A stretch of 64,000 bases of DNA from Octopus vulgaris (Eukaryota), in contig OX597833.1 of the NCBI GenBank assembly GCA_951406725.2, positions 50,158,001 to 50,222,000 on the forward strand, in the 5' to 3' direction. Below, in pieces: positions 54,529 to 64,000 of the stretch (the stretch's first letter is position 1; each line of letters opens with the position of its first letter). Below the pieces are notes generated by a model, which was given only the letters and a program-made list of their open reading frames with translations, was not told the origin of the DNA and did no database searches. Both the position numbers and the translations under genes were made by a program.

Positions 54529-54735
54529 TGGCAGAATCATTAAGCACGCCGGGTGAAATGCTTAGCGATATTTCGTTTGCAGCTACGTTCTGAATTCAAA
54601 TTCCGCCGAGATCGACTTTGCCTTTCATTCTTTCGGGGTCGATTAAATAAGTACCAGTTACGCACTGGGGTCGATGTAATCGACTTACCCCCTCCCCGCA
54701 AATTTCAGGCCTTGCGTCTATAATAGAAAGATTTT
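54529..54735 (+). mobile_element. SINE family B monomer
   Basis: Head, B box, Nin-like core, tail 2 running into (TTA)n. Confidence 0.9.
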
Positions 54736-54887
54736 ATTATTATTATTATTATTATTGTTATTATTATTGTTATTGTTATTATTATTATTATTATTATCAT
54801 TATTGTTATTATTATTATTATTATTATTATTGTTATTATTATTGCTATTATTATTATTATTATTGTTATTATTGTTATTATTATTGC

Positions 54888-54924
<37 letters not shown>

Positions 54925-54938
54925 GTTATTATTATTGC

Positions 54939-54978
<40 letters not shown>

Positions 54979-54979
54979 G
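54735..54979. repeat. (TTA)n/(TTG)n repeat, expanded SINE tail
   Basis: Direct reading. Confidence 0.98.
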
Positions 54980-55705
54980 TGAAAATTTGACTCGAAATAA
55001 CACCTCATAAAGAAAAAAAGAACCTGACAAAAAGTATTTTTTGATTAAGGCATCTGGTAAGTATATTTCGTCTGAAGCATACTTTTCTGTCAATGACTGT
55101 CCTTGCGGAAATCAAAATAACCAAATATGTAATTGGCGGGAAGGAGAGAGGGGAGCTGAACCATACGTCTGATTCCCCTCTCCCGGGAAATGCTGCGTTC
55201 CTTGTGGTTGAAGAAGCGTTAAGAGAACCTTTGCTGACTCAAAAGCCGTGGGTTATTGACCTATAGTTGGCTCCGACCATAGGCAGTTTTTCTGAGGTAA
55301 CAAGTTCGCTTTCTTTTATGTTTGCTAGTTTTCGTAAAGGCTTCGTTGCAAATTTGAAATTAAAGCTAATTGGGATGGAAGTCATCCATAATGGAAGGGA
55401 ACCAGCCAGCTGGGATGAAGGCAAATGACATTGAAGAATAAAAGATTGGATAGAAAAAGCAAATAGTGAATGGAGAAAAATACGGATTGATGGTGGTGGC
55501 GGTGGTGGTAGTGGTGGTGATGGAGAAGGAAGGAAGGGAAGGGAAGATACTGGAAGAATTGTAATAAGTGAGAAAACTGGGCGAGGAGGAGAGTTTTTCT
55601 GGTGTTTCTATGTGGCGATAAGTGGTTATCTATTGGGGTGAGAGAGGACAGCAAGGTGAAGGAAAGCTACCAAAACTACAGAAACTAGACACACACACAC
55701 ACACA

Positions 55706-55762
<57 letters not shown>

Positions 55763-55815
55763 GCACATGCACACATTCGAACGCTAACATGCAGAGACAT
55801 GTGGAAGCATATATA

Positions 55816-55860
<45 letters not shown>

Positions 55861-56919
55861 ATGCATATATACACAAAATACGAAGAGATGAATATATATA
55901 TATATGTATGTATGTATATACATATATACACAAAATACGAAGAGATGAAAAGACAAAGAAGTGTAGGAGTATGAAGGGCATAGGAACGGGAAGACAGTGA
56001 AAAAAAAAAGGGTTAGAAGGAAAACAGGGGCAAGAGAAGGTTGAAGAAATAATGTTAACCCTAACATTATTAGGATTGTAATTAGTCCTGTCAACTCGTC
56101 CGTATTCCCTACACGAAAACGACTGAGACCGCCATTAACATATGCTTTGTTAACCTTCAAATTGCTAAAGCAGACGATAGTTAAAAGATTGGATAGGTTT
56201 TCAATTTACATGTATTTCGCAATGGAGGACATTCCTTACTCAAAGATACACGCTTTTCATTTTCGTTCGTTCCCTATCCACTGCATCATATATATTCAAG
56301 TTTGTTGTTGTTGTTGTTACAGTTGTAGTAGCAGTAGAGACTGTTGTTGTTGTTGTTGTTACTGTTGTTGTTATTTACGTGGGCCCAAAGCAACTAACCA
56401 AAGTAAATAAATAAATAAATAAATAAATAAGTAAATAAAACAAAGTATCATAAATGAACAAAAAAAAACAAAATGGCCGTCTTGCTACTGTCGTTGTTAT
56501 CGATGTTCAAGGAAGAAGTAATAGATTCTATTAACACAAGGCACGATGGAGTTTAGAGTTTGCCGACCCCAGGCGAAGAACCGAAGACCTGAATTGCTAA
56601 ATGTACGCCATGTTTTTGTGACACTCTAGCAATACTATACAAATGAACTTATTTTCCTTAATATCAAGCCTGTCCTTTCCATTCCATTCTTTTCTTTCCC
56701 CTAATCTTACCCTCTTCTTTTCTCTGTCAGACACTATTTGTCAGTCTTTTTTCAACGTCAACGCCATCACACTCGGGCATTTTCAACCTTACATTAGATC
56801 TTTCTCACTAGTTACAATACAAAAAGGCCTTCTCTCTCTCCCCACTCTCTCTTTCGCTTCCTCTCTATCAATCTATTTCTGCCTCTGTTTCTCCCTATCT
56901 CTGTCTCTCTGCTTGTGTG

Positions 56920-57006
<87 letters not shown>

Positions 57007-57708
57007 GTATCAAACAATATATCTACCTATCTAGCTGCCGGTCTGTCCGTCTCTTTTTCTGTCTAGCTGTTTGCGTGTGTGTATGTACCTGTCTTTCTGT
57101 CTATCTATCTATCAATCTATCTATCTACATACCTACTTATCTATCTATCTATCTTTATATATATATACTTATATATATATATCTAATTTTTTTTCCTCTC
57201 GCTCTTATTTTGTAGATAAACAACACACCACTATTTTTCACCTTATCTCATTTTATCACACAACCCTCGTCCTCTCCTATTCTCTCTAACGTACCTCCTC
57301 AAACTGTCTTTTCCACTTTCTCTCTTTCTTTTTCTCCTTTCTTTCCTTTCTTTATTCCATGTGTTAACTTTTCAATAATCACCAACGCATTTACACGCCG
57401 CGCACACAGACGGACAAACACACACATAGACCCACAAGGACCCGCGCGCTAGCACATCCACACAATCGCTTCCACGCCTCTGCCCGTCTCTCGTGCGCTA
57501 AGTTTCGCTCACTTTCCCTTTCTTCTTGTTCAAGACAGAAAAGGACTCACATACGAGCAGCCTCTTCTTTCCTCTACACTCTTAACTCAATGATGGCGCT
57601 TGCAGCCGGATGCGAGATGAGCAAAGCCACATGCCACGCTGCAGTACTACAGATATACTATCAGGCCGAGTACTAAAACATTCTAATCACAATGACACTT
57701 CTTTAAAA

Positions 57709-57781
<73 letters not shown>

Positions 57782-57918
57782 GCAAGCATGTGCATGCGCA
57801 CACATCCACACACAAGCAGACACAGATACCTTCATTGTAACGCCGTATATAGGAGTAAACGAATACACATATAACATACACACATGCATATACACACATA
57901 CATACATATATATATATA

Positions 57919-57978
<60 letters not shown>

Positions 57979-58325
57979 AATACACGCGCGCACACACATA
58001 CACACATATATATATAGAGATAGATAGATAAATAGAGAGAGGTACGTACATACATACATTCATGCAAACATATATACATATATACATACATATAGATAGA
58101 TATATAGAGATATATATACAATTATTATTCGGCTGTAAAGTTACATAAGTGACTGTAAGGAGAGAGTTTCAAGCATTTCATTTATGAAATACGTGTGCAT
58201 CGCTTTCTTGTTGTCTCTGTTTCTCTTTGTCTGTCTCTCTCTATCTCTCCCTCTTCATTTCTCTCTCTCTTTCAATCTCTCTCCCCCTCTCTCTGTACAT
58301 GATACACACACAACAAAATTATTAT

Positions 58326-58505
58326 TGAGTGAGAGAGTGCATGCCATCAAAGTGTCAATGGGGTACAAATATACGAAGCTCAGTATACCCATCATGACTA
58401 ACCGTCTGATAAGGTTACACCAGGTACATGAATCACAACCATATGTGCATGACATGGTGATCTCATATCAAGATAAACAGTGTGGAGCTCAGTTAGAATT
58501 TTTTC
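58326..58505. mobile_element. Family C partial copy joined to a SINE B tail fragment
   Basis: attattatTGAGTGAGAGAG start identical to 53959. Confidence 0.85.
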
Positions 58506-58754
58506 CGATTGAGTACCAGTTGAACACTGGGTTGATGAGATCGACCTATCCCCTCCCCCAAAATGGCTGCCCCTGCAGCAAAATTTGAAACCGTCAATAA
58601 TATTAATACGCCAATCTTTGGACGTACCTAACGCGTGTGTCACGCTTAAGCGAAAGATATATTGTTGCTTAAAAAAACATTTTTAACTAGCTCTCTCTTA
58701 TAATTTCTGGAAGAGATTTCAGACCACCACCTTTGTGTTGTATTACTACTTATC

Positions 58755-58817
<63 letters not shown>

Positions 58818-59503
58818 TATGAGTTCCTTTCAGTTTCAGCTTACCAAAACCATTCATAAAGTTTTGGTCGTCTTGACCCAAGGCTATAGAAGAAGACACT
58901 TGTCCAAAGTGCCTCGCATTGGAACTGAACCCGGCTCCACGTTGTTGGGGACCATGCTTCTTATAGGAACTGCTGTAAAGAGAGGTGAGAAAGTGTGTGT
59001 GTGTGTGTGTGAATGTATGCTGCACCTGTGTTTCTATGCGTGTGTATAAATGTGTATGCGGATTACACTCAACGCATTAATTCCTAGCAAACACCGCCAA
59101 TAACAGTCGCCGGTACCACCACCACCACCACCATCACCACCACCAAATTTCACCCTCATTTTCTGATGTTATCAAACCCATATCATATTCCACCCTCCTT
59201 TTCTCTCTCTCCTCCTCTCTCTTTTTCCATCTCTGCCTGTCTCCTTCTCTACTACACTCTTAAGACAGATACATTGTCCTTAAATCCCCTTTATTGCACT
59301 TGTAGAATTTTAGAATACATATTAAAACCAGAGTTACCCTACACATGGGCCCTCAATTCCTTCAATGCCATTCTTGTAGTGCCAAGAAAAAAATTTTCTG
59401 ATCTGTATCATGCATGTCATAGAAGAAATCTCCTACACGATGTACTCTGAAGCATGCAAAGCCAGAGAACCTTTATTCTGTGAACTAGTTCAAGACATCT
59501 TAT

Positions 59504-59540
<37 letters not shown>

Positions 59541-59695
59541 AATAGCTAACAATACAATAGATGGATTCTAACGTTTCCTAGTTTGACAAGATCAGGCAGC
59601 TGTTGTGATCATGTCGAGATATAGTATACCAAATATGAGCATATATATACATATAGATATATATATATATGTGTGTGTGGGGGTGCATATATTTG

Positions 59696-59728
<33 letters not shown>

Positions 59729-59842
59729 TTTTATCGCTAGAAGTTTACAAAGTGATGCAAGGGCTGAGGGTTGCACTGTAACGCTTGCCGATAAAGAATA
59801 GGATTACAATAGCAGAGTGTACGTGTAAATTTGTAGACACAC

Positions 59843-59878
<36 letters not shown>

Positions 59879-60009
59879 TCACAAACACAAACAAAAGGAC
59901 AAAATAAACTAGCAAAAAAATTTGTCTTCTCACTTGGTGCTGTCTGAACATTTAATGTGCTTTTAGAGTTAAGTTTTGGCTGCTATTTCTCAACAAAACC
60001 AACATCCTC

Positions 60010-60391
60010 TACTCTTTTACTTGTTTCAGTCATTTGACTGCGGCCATGCTGGAGCACCGCCTTTAGTCGAGCAAATCGACCCCAGGACTTATTCTTTGTA
60101 AGCCTAGTACTGATTTTATCGGTCTCTTTTGCCAAACCGCTAAGTGACGGGGACGTAGACACATCAGCATCAGTTGTCAAGCGATGTTGGGGGGATAAAC
60201 ACACACACACACATATATATACATATATACGACGGGCTTCTTTCAGTTTCCGTCTACCAAATCCACTCACAAGGCTTTGGTCAGCCAGAGGTTATAGTAG
60301 AAGACACTTGCCCAAGGTGCCACGCAGTGGGACTGAACCTGGAACCATGTGGCTGGTAAGCAAGCTACTAACCACACAGCCACTCCTGCGC
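60010..60391 (-). mobile_element. SINE family A, full length
   Basis: Homology to other copies. Confidence 0.9.
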
Positions 60392-60790
60392 AAACAAAAA
60401 ACCTCTTCTTCATTTACCTCACCTAATTTAAACGATGCCAGTCACTGATAGTTTTTTTTTTCATTTTTGTTATGTATATATATATTTTGTGGAAAGGCAA
60501 CTGCATTTAACATTGTTTTAATGATAAGATTTTTCGTTAAGAAAGAACTGTCTGAGACTCTGCAGCTGTCTGGCCAGATTTTTGCTAATCTCTGCCAGAG
60601 ATTTCTTTTTATTTCCGTTTAAGATTCTTCACTCCAGACATCCAATCAAATAATGAAGATTGCGTGTAAGAAAAATGTTGGAAGGAAAATATTACTCGGT
60701 GCAAACTAAATACTGAACGCTAAGATATATCAATAATAAAGACCAGGTTTAGATAATAAGATGACGATACTGACTATTATAGAACACGAC

Positions 60791-60830
<40 letters not shown>

Positions 60831-60904
60831 AAACAACAAAAGTAGTACTAGAAGTCATTGTAAGCAGAAGCAGCAAGTTCATGGTTTGATAATGATAATA
60901 ATAT

Positions 60905-61357
60905 TCCTTTCTACTATAGGCCCCAGTGTTCAACTGGTCCTTAATTTATCGACCCTGAAAGGATGAAAGGTAAAGTAGACCCCGGCGGAATTTGAACTCA
61001 GAACGTAGCGACGGGCGAAATACAGCCAAGCATTTTGTTCAGCGTGCCAACGACTCTGCTAGCTCGCCGCCCTAGCTTGAATAATAATAATAATAATAAC
61101 AACAACAACAACAACAACAGCAACAACTATCCTTTCTGCACAGATCTGATATTTTGGGGGAGGGGACTTCTCAGTTACACTGTTCGCGTGATTTTCGTCG
61201 GTCTTTACGTTCAGAGTTCAAATTCCGCAGAGGTCGACTTTACCTTTCATCCTTTCCGGGTCGGTAAAATAAGTACCAGTTGAGTACTGGGGGTGATGTA
61301 ATCGACTTATCCACTCCCTCAAAATTGCTGGCCTTGTGCCAAAATTTGAAATCAATA
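60905..61357. mobile_element. Head-to-head SINE family B copies (60905-61072 minus; 61190-61357 plus)
   Basis: Core homology in opposite orientations. Confidence 0.85.
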
Positions 61358-62935
61358 TTACCGTTGCTTATTTTATATTATCTTTGTATGGCCAAATCAA
61401 ATTTTTTCTTTTGTTAATAAGAGGAACTCAATGACCCCGCTCTCTTATTTCTAGTTCTGGTAAACGTTAGTAAAAACTATAACCATGCTTTACAAATAGG
61501 GTCCGCTTAGACAGAAGCATGTTGGGAGTTGCCATCATGCTTACCAAAAATCTGATATAATTAATATTGGTCCCTGCGTTTATATTATTGTTTCCTCATT
61601 GCATGCGTAATTCCTATTTTGGTTAATTAAAATTTCGGAGCTATCACCTTTTTGCATTGACCATATTTCTGTAAATATCTTTAATATCATTATTAGTCAT
61701 CGAGCCCTATGTTTTCCTCTTCTCGGTGTAGCAGTAATTTTAATTAATTAAAAATGAGTTGCTCATTACTTTAAGTACCTTGGCACACACTTAACTATAT
61801 GACATAAAGCAAGACGCCCAATAAAATTCCGGCCGTTCGTCTCTAAATAAATTATTAACGATATAAATAATTTAGTAGGCTGTTATTGCATTTCGAACAA
61901 GGTCTTTTATTTTAAGGGAGAGAAATGAAAATTTGTCATACCCCCACCTTCTCCACTATGATTTCTCCATGACATTAACAATTTAAGTGAAATGAAATGG
62001 TTCCCAAACAATAACAAATTGAGTCGCGGATTCCATTCGCGACATTTATTCGAATTGAGGTATGCCTTAGAAAACGATATATCGATCGAGACAACGAGAG
62101 ACCCCCTACGTGGTCATTCATCTCGCTTCTATAGCAATCCTCCTTTTTCTAAGAAGAGGAAAGATACATTGCATAATATAGTATTGAATATACAAAAAAT
62201 GCAAAAAAAAAAACCAAACAAACAATACAAAACAAAAAAAAAGCATTGATTTGTAACGGTTGGAATGCTTTTGATATCTGCTGAAACAAAGGGCGAGCCG
62301 GGTTCATACAACATCGACCTCGAAAACAACAGCCATAATAGATACCGATTTTGCTCATCATCAAGCCCGGCATCATTACCCTATAACAGTGGAATAATAT
62401 CTGTATATTACATGTGCTGGTGGTGGTGTGTGTGTGTTGGCAGGGTTTGGTGGCGGCGGTGGTAGGTTTTTAACTTCTGATGGGAGTTGTAGGAACGTCG
62501 TGACATACAGCGTACTGTGACATGCGGCGCAGCGCAGCTAATCCCTCTCCAGGTCTGAACATAAAACGATTTCTTTTACAGGGGAAGAGGATAACTAAGA
62601 GGGAGAAGAGAGAGAAAGCGGAATCCATACCAGTATTAGAGCTGGTATTTTATCAACCGCAACAGAATCAAAAGCAAAGCTGCTTTGATAGAATTTCAAC
62701 TCGGAATACGAAGAGCCGCAAAAACACAAACAAGGCATTTTATCCGAGACTCTAACGACTCATACAAATAGCCTCATTAGTACTTCAATACATACATGGG
62801 TTCATCTGTTCCAGAACAAGATGACACAGCAAGTCATCTGGAGCAGAATATTGCTGAAAATGGGTTCTCTTGGAGAGAGAAAGCAAATCCTTAATTTATA
62901 CACTTCAAGTCATTAGGATATCTGAGACTATGAGA

Positions 62936-63115
62936 TCAGTAGACACTACACGCATTTTTTTCTCTCCTTGTTTCTTTCTGTGTTCCTTTCCGTAAAAGAG
63001 CGTAGGCTCGAAACGTTAAAGACTTTTTTAATTCCCGAGCGTTATACAGATACATCTATTTGTTTTCTACACCACCTGTCTTCGTCTTTTGTTTTTTTTC
63101 GTGAATTCTCCCACT
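62936..63115 (+). mobile_element. Second copy of HHR family 2; hammerhead-like fold at 62986-63021
   Basis: CTTT-CCGTAAA-A-GAGC(GTAG)GCTC-GAA-ACGT-T-AAAG; colinear with reverse complement of 49508-49686. Confidence 0.7.
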
Positions 63116-63247
63116 ATAATAATCAGCAAGACTACCCTAAAATTGAAAGGATGCTGAACAAAACAAGATGCTTTTCATTCAAAATCTTGCTACCAGGCAA
63201 GTGATCTGTCACAATTCATTCGAAATTAAAAAGGGAAAGAGAACATA

Positions 63248-63559
<312 letters not shown>

Positions 63560-64000
63560 ATATACGTATCTGTCGATTCACCAGAAGCGATGATCCACAG
63601 GACCCACACACACACACACGCACGCACACACACACACACACTCAGTGCGCCTTCACACAGTCTTTTTTTTTTTTTACAAAATTCACTTAAAAGGCATTGA
63701 CCGACTCATGGCTAAAGACACTGGCTGAAGGTGCCACGTAGGAGAACTGAACCTAAAACTACGTGAATGCAAAGCAATCTCCTTAACCATACATCCATTT
63801 GTATCTATTTATAATATAGAGACTGCATTTCTGTGTGCACATGTTTGTGTATGCTTGAATGTGTGTATGTTATAAATGTGAGTATGCACGTACGTATAAT
63901 GTAAGTATGTATGAATGTATGTATGTATGTATGTATGTATGTATGTATGTATGTATGTATGTATGTATGTATAACATGTATCCATCCGTCGGTCAAATCA

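Noticed and set aside
55050-55062. Possible 7 nt plus-strand micro-exon (ag|gcatctg|gtaagt)
   Set aside because: Splice words alone; no supporting gene context

Overview
Eukaryotic, AT-rich, essentially non-coding DNA dominated by microsatellites and short interspersed repeats. The repeat complement looks like an octopus (coleoid cephalopod) genome; this is inference from family resemblance and is unverified. Nearly all ORFs in the track are microsatellite or SINE artefacts. Supported elements: many copies of two tRNA-derived SINE families (family A with an internal microsatellite; family B with a Nin/Deu-like core and a tandemly repeatable internal module), two further tRNA-SINE families with clean TSDs, three non-autonomous Helitron-like elements, a decayed mariner transposon interrupted by a SINE array, a probable LINE 3' end sharing its tail with SINE B, a TG..CA-bounded ~550 bp repeat, and several local tandem duplications. 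The most interesting signal is a set of short, mostly (TA)n-embedded elements from at least three unrelated families. They carry minimal type I hammerhead ribozyme folds with palindromic stem III, as in Penelope-like elements; one has an apparently compensated A3-U8 core and one family has a CUGUAGA core. Two or three weak minus-strand exon candidates exist, but no gene is identifiable. Coordinates were counted by hand and repeat edges are approximate.
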